Origin: an uncultured Chthonomonadaceae bacterium
GTDB lineage: Bacteria > Armatimonadota > Chthonomonadetes > Chthonomonadales > Chthonomonadaceae
Assembly: GCA_963817895.1 (NCBI GenBank)
Contig: CAWFQB010000012.1
Coordinates: 1 to 64,000, forward strand
DNA length: 64,000 nucleotides
Direction of reading: 5' to 3'
Shown: positions 46,827 through 56,431 of the stretch, in pieces
Layout: each line of letters starts with the position of its first letter
How positions within the stretch are numbered: the first letter of the stretch is position 1
Made by a program: the position numbers and the translations under genes
The notes under the pieces: generated by a model
Seen by the model: only the letters and a program-made list of their open reading frames with translations
What the model was told of the DNA's origin: nothing
Databases searched by the model: none

Positions 46827-48369
46827 TACGCCAGCAACTCCCGCGCCACTTCCCTGTCGTCGAAATGGTGTTTGGTGTCGCCGATGATTTGATAATCCTC
46901 GTGGCCTTTGCCCGCGATTACAATCAGATCGCCGGGGTGGGCAAGGCTGACGGCTAAGGCAATCGCTTTATAGCGGTCGGCTTCAACATGTATGTCGGCG
47001 GTCAGTGCGGCATCGGAAGTTTTGTCCATGCCGGTCAGAATTTCGTCAATGATCGCCTGCGGCTCCTCATGGCGTGGATTGTCCGAAGTGACAATGGCGA
47101 CATCGGCAAGCGTTCCGGCCAATCGGCCCATAATTGGGCGCTTGGTGCGGTCGCGGTTGCCGCCGCAGCCGAATACGCACAGCAGGCGGTTGGGATGCAG
47201 TTCGCGGGCGGAACGCAGAACGTTTTCAAGTCCGTCCGGCGTGTGCGCGTAATCCACGACCACGCTGAAACCGCGATTGTTCGGCACAGCCTCGAAACGA
47301 CCCGGAACAGGAGGCAAATTCGCCAGTCCCCGCGCAATGGTTTCCTTATCAACGCCCAATTTCAGACACGTGCCAATGGCGGCAAGAGCGTTGCCAACCT
47401 GAAACGCGCCGCCAACCGGCAGCGCAATGGGCATTGTCCAACGCGCCGTGCCGATGTCGTAGGAAAGGGTAAACGTTGCGCTTTCCGGGGCGAGTTGTAC
47501 GTCTTTCGCCTGCAAATTCGCGGGGTTGCTTTCACTGGTATAGGTGAGAATGTCGCCCCGCGCCAGCGTGACTAGATTGCGCCCCTCCCACGCGGCGACA
47601 TTGATAATGGAAGCGAACACGGTTTTATCCGGGCGCGGGTACAGAATGGGGTACTCGGCAAACAGGCGGGATTTGGCTTCAAAATAGGCGTCGAGCGTGC
47701 CGTGAAAGTCGAGATGATCCTGCGTCAGATTGGTGAACACGCCGATATTGAAGGCGATGCCGTCCGTGCGATGCTGCGCAAGGGCGTGAGACGACACCTC
47801 CATCACAACCGCGTCCGCGCCCTGTTCCCGCATCTGCGCCAGCAGGTCTTGCAGTTGATCGGATTCCGGCGTGGTATGTTCGCTCGGCAAGTCTACGCCG
47901 TCCATCTCCGCGCCCAACGTGCCAATTGTACCCACTTTGCGCCCTGCTTCTCGCAGTATGGACGCGATCATGCGGGTTGTGGTTGTTTTGCCGTTCGTGC
48001 CGGTCACGCCAACCATTGTCAGCCCGTGGGAAGGGTTGCCATAAATTTCGCAGGCCAGCAGGGGCAGGGCATGGCGCGTGTCTTTCACCGTAATAACAGG
48101 CGTGTCCGGGGCAAGTCAATGCCGGTTTCTTCCAACCCGCCCGCCTGAACTACAAGCGCTGCCGCTCCCTTTTGCAATGCGTCAAGCGCGTACCGATGCC
48201 CATCAAACGCCTGTCCGCGCAGGCAAACGAAAACATCTCCCGATTCCACCAATCGCGAGTCATGCGAAATGCCGGATACAGTCACGGCTTCCAACACGGA
48301 CGTATCCAGCTTGGATTGCGCTTTCGGCAGGCGGGACAGAAGTTGTGCAAGCGAGCAGGCGGGTTTCAC
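46826..48369 (-). CDS. murE: UDP-MurNAc-dipeptide--diaminopimelate ligase, frameshift near 48100
   Basis: HDSR..DGHRY, TGTNGKTT, HTTP, MEVSSH, DHLDFH, DYAHTPD, DNPR (meso-DAP specificity motif), AGKGHE. Confidence 0.96.
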
Positions 48370-48439
48370 GGGTGAGTTCCTGAATAAAGTAGATGCGCTC
48401 TGATATTTGAATGGCGGGACGTGGCGGGAATGTCTGTAT

Positions 48440-48448
48440 AGTATAGCA
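48440..48448 (-). promoter_or_regulatory. Possible internal extended -10 promoter upstream of murE
   Basis: TGCTATACT on the minus strand ~70 nt before the GTG start. Confidence 0.4.
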
Positions 48449-48450
48449 GA

Positions 48451-48568
48451 TTTTACCTCACCCGGCCCCTCTCCTAGCCGCGCAACGCGCCAGGAGAGGG
48501 GAGAGTATGGTTGATTTTTATTCCGCGCAGGCGGAATTCGTTATCACAGCCGAGGAATTTATTCCCCG
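48451..48568. repeat. CCCTCTCC hairpin element followed by a CCGCGCAGGCGG..GTTATCACAGCCG element
   Basis: First part matches 7984 and 28156; second part matches 39397-39450 in inverted orientation. Confidence 0.8.
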
Positions 48569-48756
48569 GAACACCAGTCAGTAGTGTAGAAAAGGTTGAA
48601 GAAAAAAAGGCCGCGCCAAAAATGAAACCGGGCAAACACCCGACGGCACGGCCCCAAACCATACGTGAACCGGAGCATGGCGCGTATGGCGATATTGCAA
48701 AGGATGAAGGAGGAAGGATGAAAAAAGACGGTTATCCTGACCCTGTCTCCTGACCC

Positions 48757-50634
48757 CTAATGATGATGAACCAGCAGTTTTTCCGGGTGCTTGATGCTGT
48801 ATTCGGCGGCTTTGAACTGTGTACAGTTCGGGTCGTCTTCGGGAACATGCCAGTATTGCATCAGGCGCGTGGCAATCGCTTTGAAGGCGGGCGCGGCCAC
48901 TTCCGCGCCGAAGTGCTTTTCGCCGCTCGGCTCATCTACAGCCACCTGAATCACCACGCGCGGCTTCACGTTCGGGCTGGCGGGCAGATAGCCGATGAAG
49001 GACGCGACGTATTTCCCCGGCGTATATTTCTGCGCCGTGCCGGTTTTGCCCGCGAACTGGTAGCCCGGAATGGCGATGGTTTTGGCGGTTCCATTGGACA
49101 CGACGGAGCGCAGCATATCCGTCATTACCGCGCTGGTATGCTGAGAAATCACGCGCCGCTGAACCTCCGGCTCCCACTTCTGCACGGTTTTGCCGTTCGC
49201 GTCCGTCAGGGAGGTAATCAGGCGGGGCTTCATCAGCAGTCCGCCATTGGCGAAAGCCCCATACGCCAGCGCGACATGCAGGGGCGTGGTGGCAATGCTG
49301 TGTCCGAACGCGACGCGGGCGGCTTTGGCTTCCGTATACTGCTTTTCGTTACGGTCGAAAGACCAGCGTCCCGCCGTCGCGCCGGGAACAACCACGTCCA
49401 GTTTGTCCAGCAGTCCGAACTTCTCATCGGCGGCTTTCAGCTTACGGGCGGTCATTCTCATGCCGATTTGCGCGCTGGCGACGTTGCACGAGTGGCGCAG
49501 CACATCCCGCACCGTCTCTTCGCCATGCACTTCGCTGTGCGCTTCCCGAATGGTTTTCTTGTTGACCGTAATCGAGCCGGGGCAATAAAAACCGGTTTCC
49601 GTCGTGATGATGCCCTGATCCAGCGCGGCGGCAATGGTCAGAGCTTTCAGGGTGGAACCGGGTTCGTACAGGTGCGCGATGCAGCGGTCACGGAAATGTT
49701 CCGGCACTTCCTCTTTGGGCAGTTTATTGAGTTCTTTGCGCTTGTCCGGGTTGGGGTCGAACGTGGGCAGGCTGGCAAGCGCGAGAATATCGCCCGTATT
49801 CGGGTCGAGAGCGATAACGGAAACGCCAATGGGATGCGAGTCCGCGACGATCTTTTCCGCTTCTTCGGTAACGATGTGCTGAATGTTGGCGTCCAGCGTG
49901 GTATGCACATCGTAGCCGTCACGGGCGGGAATCATCTTCTGAATCGTATCGGGAATTTCGCGCTTGTGGTCGTCCACTTCGGCAAGGGCAAAGCCGTTCG
50001 CGCCGTCCAGCCATTTGCGGCAGCCCCGCTCCAGTCCCGCCTGCGCGATTCCGTCCGAGCGCGTGAAACCGACGACATGCGCCGCGCTGTCGCCACTGGC
50101 GTACACGCGCTTGCTGCCGTCCTGAATACCAAAGCCGAGGTGAGGACGCGCCTCGCGAATCATCTGCGCCACTTCCAGCGATACGCCCCGTTTCAGGCGG
50201 ACGAACCGAACCGGCTTACGCGGATTGAAATCGCTCCGCGCTTTCTGAATCGTTGCGGCAAGTTCGTTTTCGGGAATTTGAAGAATGGGCGAGGCGTTCT
50301 GAATACTCAGCGCGAGGTCTTGTTCCAGTTTGCGCGCGGTTTTGGCGTCCTTGCCGTCCGTGAGCGCAGCAGTGGGATCGAAGCCCGCTTCCCCCTCATA
50401 CAGGCTGACGGCAAGCGGGCGGCCATTATGATCGTAAATGGTTCCCTTGCGGGCAAGCAGGGGGATTTTCTGTTCCCGTTTTGACTCCGCCGTTTGCCGT
50501 ATCTCCGCGCCATGCAACCCCTGAAGATACAGCAACCTCGCCATCAGGGCAAGGTAACAGGCCAGTATAAACAGAAACGCGATATTGATTCGCCGTTTCT
50601 GAACGCTGCTCCGCTCCAGGCTGCGCACGGCCAT
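48757..50634 (-). CDS. ftsI: Class B penicillin-binding protein (FtsI/SpoVD type)
   Basis: KGTIYDHNG, YEPGSTLK (SxxK), SCN (SxN), GKTGTAQK. Confidence 0.95.
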   Translation of the reverse strand: MAVRSLERSSVQKRRINIAFLFILACYLALMARLLYLQGLHGAEIRQTAESKREQKIPLLARKGTIYDHNGRPLAVSLYEGEAGFDPTAALTDGKDAKTARKLEQDLALSIQNASPILQIPENELAATIQKARSDFNPRKPVRFVRLKRGVSLEVAQMIREARPHLGFGIQDGSKRVYASGDSAAHVVGFTRSDGIAQAGLERGCRKWLDGANGFALAEVDDHKREIPDTIQKMIPARDGYDVHTTLDANIQHIVTEEAEKIVADSHPIGVSVIALDPNTGDILALASLPTFDPNPDKRKELNKLPKEEVPEHFRDRCIAHLYEPGSTLKALTIAAALDQGIITTETGFYCPGSITVNKKTIREAHSEVHGEETVRDVLRHSCNVASAQIGMRMTARKLKAADEKFGLLDKLDVVVPGATAGRWSFDRNEKQYTEAKAARVAFGHSIATTPLHVALAYGAFANGGLLMKPRLITSLTDANGKTVQKWEPEVQRRVISQHTSAVMTDMLRSVVSNGTAKTIAIPGYQFAGKTGTAQKYTPGKYVASFIGYLPASPNVKPRVVIQVAVDEPSGEKHFGAEVAAPAFKAIATRLMQYWHVPEDDPNCTQFKAAEYSIKHPEKLLVHHH

Positions 50635-50653
50635 GTGGGGGTTTCCTTTCGAT

Positions 50654-50759
50654 CAGGTGTTCAGGTACTCAGGTGTTCAGGTGTTCGGTTGACTGCCTTT
50701 ACGCGCGCTGGCAAACGTGTACTACTGTATTTCCTGAACACCTGAATACCTGAATACCT
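50654..50759. repeat. Inverted octamer repeat element (CAGGTGTT)n...(AATACCTG)n
   Basis: Seen directly between the ftsL-like gene and ftsI. Confidence 0.88.
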
Positions 50760-50763
50760 AATC

Positions 50764-51306
50764 TCATTCGGCTATACCGGACTTGTCAGCTGACGGGGAG
50801 GCAAGCGGCGCGGCAACCGGCGACTGGGGCAGAGACGCTTGTATCAGGGATGATTGCAGCAACTGCGCGGGCGTGGTTTCGCCCACCGTCACCATCTGCT
50901 TCTCTTCGGCGGGAACCATGCCCATTGCGCGGGCCTTCTGCTCGATATGCGCCGGGGTATACACGAGAGCGCGCAGATGCTTTGCCTGCTGCCGCTTTTC
51001 CCGCGCCTGTTTGAGCATCCCCATCAATTTGGTATGCCGATAGCCCTCCTGCGTGACCTGCGCATGCCCGGACAGGTACATCATGCCCGCGCTCACGACC
51101 AGCATGGCAAGAATTACCAGCGCGATCAGCCAGAACATCTGAATCGCATGGCGCTGGCGCGGGCGCGATACGGGAACAGGCTGTGACCGGGCGGGCGGGG
51201 CAGGCGCGGGCAGAACCGGGCGGCGGTTCGGAAGGGCGACTGCCCCGGAAGCGTAAGTTTCGGCGCGGTACGCGGCGTTTACAGATTGGCGCGGCAAAGT
51301 GGACAT
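50764..51306 (-). CDS. ftsL: FtsL-like cell division protein
   Basis: Single TM, short coiled coil, TPAHIEQKARAMGM; lies between rsmH and ftsI. Confidence 0.75.
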   Translation of the reverse strand: MSTLPRQSVNAAYRAETYASGAVALPNRRPVLPAPAPPARSQPVPVSRPRQRHAIQMFWLIALVILAMLVVSAGMMYLSGHAQVTQEGYRHTKLMGMLKQAREKRQQAKHLRALVYTPAHIEQKARAMGMVPAEEKQMVTVGETTPAQLLQSSLIQASLPQSPVAAPLASPSADKSGIAE

Positions 51307-51328
51307 GCTGCAACCTCTTGGGTAGGGA

Positions 51329-51419
51329 TGAGATACGAGATACGAGTATGGGAACGCGGGCGAGTTTGTAGATTTGAGTGTCTTTTAACTCGTATCTTGT
51401 ATCTCGTATCTCGTATCTA
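51329..51419. repeat. Inverted heptamer element (GATACGA)n overlapping the rsmH 3' end
   Basis: gagatacgagatacgagt ... actcgtatcttgtatctcgtatctcgtatct. Confidence 0.88.
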
Positions 51420-52434
51420 CTCTCTCGGCTATGCGCAATTTCGCGCTGCGGGCGCGGGGGTTGCGCGTGATTTCGACTTCCGTTGGCACAATGGGTTTGC
51501 GCGTAATCAGGCGCAGAATTGGTTCTTGTATCGGCGTCAGGAACGCGGCGGGGGAAGAACCGGGCGCGGATGCGCCCATGCCCGCCGCTTCGCTGAATAC
51601 GTGTTTCACAATGCGGTCTTCCAGCGAATGGTAACTGATGACGGCTAATCTTCCGCCCGGTTTCAGGCGGTCAATGGCCGCATTCAATCCGGTTTGCAAC
51701 TGTCCCAATTCATCGTTGACGGCGATGCGCAGGGCTTGAAAAACGCGAGTGGCAACGTGGATGTCGCGCGGCCAGGCTTTGCGCGGCACGCTCTGCTCCA
51801 CGATTTGCGCAAGCTGCGCCGTTGTTTCGATGGGCTGTCTGGCGCGGCGTTCCACTATGACCTGCGCGATACGCTTTGCCCATCGCTCCTCGCCATATTC
51901 GTAAAAGATGCGTTCCAATTCCCGCGCCGAAGCGGTTTGGACCAATTCGCCTGCGGATACGCCCCCGCTGCGATCCATACGCATATCTAAATTTTCGTCG
52001 CGCCGGAAACTGAAGCCGCGCGAAGTGTCCAATTGGTGCGAAGATACGCCCAAATCGAACAAAATTCCATCCATTTTTGACTTTTTTGTGGCAATATTTG
52101 TGTCTAATGCCGTCTCCATGTTGCCAAACGGCGTATGTAAGAGTATAATGGAGACAAAGTTCTGTACCGGCGTGAGCCGAATCCGCGCGGCTTCCAGCGC
52201 GTCCGTGTCCCGGTCAAGGCCGATGAGCGTTCCGTCCGGCTGCAATTTTTGCGCTAATGCAAGGCTGTGTCCGCCGCCGCCAAGCGTAGCGTCAAGTATA
52301 ATTTTTCCGGGCTGTGGATCGAGCGCGTCCAGTATTTCGTCCAGCAGGACGGGCGTATGGTAGTTGCTGATTGCCGGTTGCGAGTTGAGAGTTGAGGAAG
52401 CGGGTTCGGACGCTTCCGGTTTTTCAGAGTTCAT
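51385..52434 (-). CDS. rsmH: 16S rRNA m4C1402 methyltransferase
   Basis: HTPVLL, DATLGGGGHS, DLGVSSHQLD, LDMRM, FQALRIAVNDEL, SYHSLEDRIVK, NPRARSAKLR. Confidence 0.98.
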   Translation of the reverse strand: MNSEKPEASEPASSTLNSQPAISNYHTPVLLDEILDALDPQPGKIILDATLGGGGHSLALAQKLQPDGTLIGLDRDTDALEAARIRLTPVQNFVSIILLHTPFGNMETALDTNIATKKSKMDGILFDLGVSSHQLDTSRGFSFRRDENLDMRMDRSGGVSAGELVQTASARELERIFYEYGEERWAKRIAQVIVERRARQPIETTAQLAQIVEQSVPRKAWPRDIHVATRVFQALRIAVNDELGQLQTGLNAAIDRLKPGGRLAVISYHSLEDRIVKHVFSEAAGMGASAPGSSPAAFLTPIQEPILRLITRKPIVPTEVEITRNPRARSAKLRIAERVDTRYEIQDTS

Positions 52435-52467
52435 AGCAGTAACTCAACTATCAACAGGCAATCAACA

Positions 52468-53007
52468 TCAAGCCTCAACTGCAATCTCACTGATAGACAC
52501 CGCAGGAACTTGCGCGGCTTCGACAGTTATTGCCAGTGGCAGCGCGGTGGCTTTGCGGTTGCGGGCGGCTTCGGCGGCATTATCCGGCGTAAATTCCGCC
52601 GTGTGCGCTTCCCATCCGTTGCGGTTCCAGATTTCAAGGCGCGTCCCGTTGCCGATGATAACCGCCGCGTCGCTTTCGCGCAGTTTGGCCCATTCGCGCA
52701 AATGGCGCGGTATGGAAACCCGGTTCTGCTGGTCAGAATTGACGAATTCGCAGCTTCCGAACATGCGCTGTAAAAAAATCAGGTCGGGGTTCAGTTCGTC
52801 ATGAACGTCCACGCTGATAAGCTGTTCTTCCATCGCTTCCCATACGGGCATGGGATAGGCGCGAATGTGGTTACCTGGCCCGATGGTGAGAACGAATTCT
52901 TCACCGAGCTTGTCGCGAAATTTCTGGGGTACAATGACACGGCCTTTGTCATCAAGGCTGTGTTCAAAACGCCCCCACATTCTTTGAGTAGGAGAACTTA
53001 TCGCCAT
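52468..53007 (-). CDS. mraZ: Division/cell wall cluster transcriptional repressor
   Basis: GRFEHSLDDKGRVIVPQKFR, DQQNRVSIP, IGNGTRLEIW. Confidence 0.95.
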   Translation of the reverse strand: MAISSPTQRMWGRFEHSLDDKGRVIVPQKFRDKLGEEFVLTIGPGNHIRAYPMPVWEAMEEQLISVDVHDELNPDLIFLQRMFGSCEFVNSDQQNRVSIPRHLREWAKLRESDAAVIIGNGTRLEIWNRNGWEAHTAEFTPDNAAEAARNRKATALPLAITVEAAQVPAVSISEIAVEA

Positions 53008-53082
53008 GCGATTGCGCTGAACGCTTTCTGCAACAAAAAACAACGGAATCGGGAGAGCAGTACAGTGGAATTGGGAGGGTGT

Positions 53083-53145
53083 TCCTACACTCCCTCCAAC
53101 AAGTTCCCCACAAGTCTCCCCACGCTCACCCCGGAATTGCCCCAT
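53083..53145 (-). promoter_or_regulatory. MraZ-box array
   Basis: About six (G)TGGGG-like boxes at 11-12 bp spacing upstream of mraZ. Confidence 0.75.
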
Positions 53146-53382
53146 TGTACTTGCTTGCCATGCGGAAGTCAAGTGTTTTGGCAGGTATTTCGGCGTCTTT
53201 TTACAACTTTTTTCCTCAGAAAACAGGCGTGTTTACGCCTGTCTACCAGAATCACGGCTTCTGTTCCCGCTTCAACGCTTTTGGTAAGAATGTTGGTGGG
53301 GCAAAGTGGAGTGGCTGCCCATTTTGGACTGCGTTAGTGGAAATGTGGGGGTACAGGGTGGGGGAGTGGAGGAGAATAATTC

Positions 53383-53673
53383 TTGCCTGATCCGTTGCGT
53401 ATCACGTATGTCTGGCCGGGTTCTATTTCCCGCGCCATCAACCCCTCTTCCACGTCGGGACAGTTATTTTATCGCGATGGGCTGCGCCATGCCGCCTATC
53501 TAATCGCCAAACACGAACTGCGCGTCTGGTTCGAGCCGAACTGGCGCAACGCGCGCCTGCTGGCGCGTCAATTTCCGCGTTGTCTTGTCTGCTCCATCCC
53601 CGAAGAGTCCGATACGCCCTCCCTGCACAAAATACCCGGCTGGCGCAAACCTCGCTCAAAAGGCGTAGTGTAA
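53383..53673 (+). CDS. Hypothetical protein, divergent from mraZ
   Basis: GGAGGA RBS before TTG; 96 aa; no family recognised. Confidence 0.5.
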   Translation: MPDPLRITYVWPGSISRAINPSSTSGQLFYRDGLRHAAYLIAKHELRVWFEPNWRNARLLARQFPRCLVCSIPEESDTPSLHKIPGWRKPRSKGVV

Positions 53674-53753
53674 TCCGCAAAGGAATTATCCCGCGCTGTA
53701 TTGAAATAGTCTTCAGTTTTGTTGGAACCTGTGCGTAAGAAGGAACGACGTTA

Positions 53754-54134
53754 ATGCAGTCTCAACTACGCAAAGCCTGCCCCCGCTGCCACACGCAAAC
53801 AGGATTGACCGCCGCCTGCTGTTTGACCTGCGGCCATCAGTATCGCACCCTGTTTGTGCCGCCACAACCGGCAATGGCAACCGTTCAGCCCACGCGCAAA
53901 TTGTACGTTCTTGCGCCCGGTGACAAGGATATGAGCGCGAGGCAGGCGGCTATCGGACTGGCGGCGGTAATCGCGCTTTCCAGCCTGATTGGTCTTGCCT
54001 CCCCCGCCGTGCAGGGACGGGCCAACGAATTCAGCCGAACGGACAAATTGCGCCGGGGAAAACCGGCGCAGCCTGTCCTGCCCACAACTGGTATCAATGC
54101 GCAGCCGCGTATCGCTGAAGTCCCGTCGCGATAG
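53754..54134 (+). CDS. Zinc-ribbon plus TM hypothetical protein
   Basis: CPRC..CLTCGH and one hydrophobic segment. Confidence 0.65.
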   Translation: MQSQLRKACPRCHTQTGLTAACCLTCGHQYRTLFVPPQPAMATVQPTRKLYVLAPGDKDMSARQAAIGLAAVIALSSLIGLASPAVQGRANEFSRTDKLRRGKPAQPVLPTTGINAQPRIAEVPSR

Positions 54135-54146
54135 GAGCCAATCCGT

Positions 54147-54482
54147 ATGCCGACAGACATTGAACCCTCCCCAACTGTTTCCTCCCCCGGCGTTAACAAA
54201 CCCTTCGCGTATTTCCTTGCCGGATTGGCTGTGGGCGCTATCTGCGTTTTGCTGCCGTTTTTATGTATTCTGCCCCTTGCGCTGCATCAGGCGCGCGTCA
54301 GCGACGGTCTGCAACTTCAATTGAACCTGAAGGAGTCGGAACTCGCAAACTATAAGCAGCAACAGATGCAGCATCGCCCGCCTCCGCCGCCCGATTCTCG
54401 CTTTCCGCCTTCCGGCTATCCCCCGCCGCCCCCGCAAGGTTCACCCGAAGGGCCTTTCACTGCCGCGCCCGACATGCCTTGA
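54147..54482 (+). CDS. Small membrane protein with Pro-rich tail
   Basis: AGGAG RBS, TM, short coiled coil, PPPP runs. Confidence 0.65.
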   Translation: MPTDIEPSPTVSSPGVNKPFAYFLAGLAVGAICVLLPFLCILPLALHQARVSDGLQLQLNLKESELANYKQQQMQHRPPPPPDSRFPPSGYPPPPPQGSPEGPFTAAPDMP

Positions 54483-54582
54483 AGACAAACCCAAAATCAA
54501 AGCAACCTTGTGAATCCAGAACCGCCGGAAGCGCAACAAGGGAGCGGAGCCGGAAATCACCGGGCCGAGGAGAAACAAAGCC

Positions 54583-55383
54583 ATGAGTTTGTTGAGCGAG
54601 GCGCAAACGCAATTCTTCCAAACCGAAGGGTATCTGGTGTTCGAGCGGTTCTTCGATGCGGACGAATGCGCCGCATTGAAAGCCGACATTGACGCGCTGA
54701 TGGAGCCTTCACTCCCGAACACGCCCCGACGCTATCCGGTTGAAATGCCCAAACTTGGCCTTCTTATCAGCCATCCCCGCGTGATGGACGTGGTGGCGGA
54801 CGTGATGGGTGCCAGTTTCGCGTTTCACCATCTTCACGCGAGCCGGCAGGAAACCGGAACCCCCGGTGTCCATTGGCATCAGGATTACGAGCAGTTTCCG
54901 CAAACCAATCGTTCCCACGGCATGGTTCACTTCTTCTACTATTTGAACGGCTTGAACGGCGCTATCGGCGACCTGTTGGCCCTGCCCCGCAGCCAGAATA
55001 TGGTTGTCGGCAACGACGCCCTGCGCCTGCTTGGAGAAACTACGCTGCCGGGAGCGGTTGTGATAGATAATCTGCCGCCGGGTTCCGCCGTGCTGGTTCA
55101 TTCCGCGCTCTGGCATGCCCGCCGCGCCAAACCGGGCGGCGAGGAGCATCCCCGTTACTTTGCCGATGCGTCCTATTGTCAGGCCGGTATCCGCTGGCCC
55201 TCCTACGGCAATCCCCGCTGGCGCGAAATTCTAGCCAAAGCCCGCGACCTCAATGTTGCCAACAACCCCGATTGCGCCCACCTGTTCGACGAATCCCACT
55301 TCTTCGACGAGATAAAAGCGCGAACGTTCATCAAATCCAAACCCGGCAGTCTGCTGCTGAATATGACGGATTGGAAAGAGTAG
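54583..55383 (+). CDS. Phytanoyl-CoA dioxygenase (PhyH) family protein
   Basis: FFQTEGYLV, WHQD, PGSAVLVHSALWH. Confidence 0.9.
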   Translation: MSLLSEAQTQFFQTEGYLVFERFFDADECAALKADIDALMEPSLPNTPRRYPVEMPKLGLLISHPRVMDVVADVMGASFAFHHLHASRQETGTPGVHWHQDYEQFPQTNRSHGMVHFFYYLNGLNGAIGDLLALPRSQNMVVGNDALRLLGETTLPGAVVIDNLPPGSAVLVHSALWHARRAKPGGEEHPRYFADASYCQAGIRWPSYGNPRWREILAKARDLNVANNPDCAHLFDESHFFDEIKARTFIKSKPGSLLLNMTDWKE

Positions 55384-55415
55384 CCTTTGCCGTTCCCACA
55401 GACTTGCGGACACTC

Positions 55416-55444
55416 TCGACTGCCGAACGCCTCTGTGGTATAAT
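55416..55444 (+). promoter_or_regulatory. Sigma70 promoter with extended -10
   Basis: TCGACT-17-TATAAT with TG at -15/-14; AGGAGG RBS follows. Confidence 0.65.
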
Positions 55445-55465
55445 CTGTTGAGGAGGAACCATACC

Positions 55466-55744
55466 ATGCCCGTAGAGCGATTTGAAGCCCTGACCCTAGA
55501 AGAGTTCGACAAACGCCTTGAAGCCAGCAATGAACGCAAGCGTCTCGAAATCATTGAACTGGAAGAACGTCAACGGAAAAGGGAAGAGATTATCGCCCGC
55601 AAAGAAGCAATGCTGCAACGCCTCGAACAAACTCTTGCAGAAATTGAGCGGGAAGAAAATGAGATTGCGGCAATGGAAAAAGAACTGCCTCCGTTACGCC
55701 GCAAGGGTCGCCGTCGCCAACCTGCCTCTCCGATGCTGCAATGA
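55466..55744 (+). CDS. Small acidic coiled-coil protein
   Basis: AGGAGG RBS; Glu/Arg-rich helix; ATGA overlap with the next gene. Confidence 0.75.
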   Translation: MPVERFEALTLEEFDKRLEASNERKRLEIIELEERQRKREEIIARKEAMLQRLEQTLAEIEREENEIAAMEKELPPLRRKGRRRQPASPMLQ

Positions 55745-56156
55745 TCACGGCGCATCTGCGCCGCACTGTTCGCGCTCTCTATGCTTTCGCTTGCGGCTAC
55801 TGCGGCGTTGCCGAAACCGAAGTCGGCTCCTCGCTCACCATATATCCTTATCAGCCGGAAGATGCGGGCGGTTCCGATGAGATTGACAATTTGGTGTATG
55901 CGTGTCATGCGTGCAATCTGCACAAGTCTGCCGCGTGGAATCCTCAAATCCGCCCGTTCTCCACCCCCTCCAAACCGATTTGTCACTTCATATCGGTCCC
56001 CTCTCGGCTTCTCGCTCTGTCTGCCCTTCCCACGCTCACTACTGCTCAACTCCCAACACTCCAATCCCTGCGCCGAGCAAAGACACGGTTCCTTTCGATT
56101 CTGATGATAGCAACTACGACGGCTGGACGCTAAGGGGCAACTGTCGGAACACATAG
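55741..56156 (+). pseudogene. Degenerate HNH endonuclease
   Basis: CGYCG..NLVYACHACNLHK. The expected IDH reads IYP, and the family-like continuation VLHP lies in another frame. Confidence 0.7.
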
Positions 56157-56431
56157 CCAGAAAGAAAGTTGTTTATAACGAATATTTCATCTTAATTGCG
56201 CTGATACTGGCTTGTGGAGGCAAAAATAATTGTTGAAAAACTGGTATTTACTGCTAAAATAGAGGTGTAGAAAACGGTTAATCTGCATATACAGGCAAAG
56301 CGGACTGAGAGTACAGTTTATGCGCCTGCCAGTACTCCTTTCAAACGGCATTGTGGCCGTTGACATACCAACGCAGCCAGTGTCGGCGCGCGTTTGCCGC
56401 CGGATGCTGACGTACCGAACACGAGCCTCCA

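Noticed and set aside
48511..48753. 80 aa ORF between ftsI and murE
   Set aside because: Antisense to the operon and begins in repeat sequence; no support for coding.
48760..50484. Long antisense ORFs (also 3969-5270, 6801-7943, 18567-19934, 41874-42950)
   Set aside because: Shadow frames of well-supported genes in GC-rich DNA, with no recognisable motifs.
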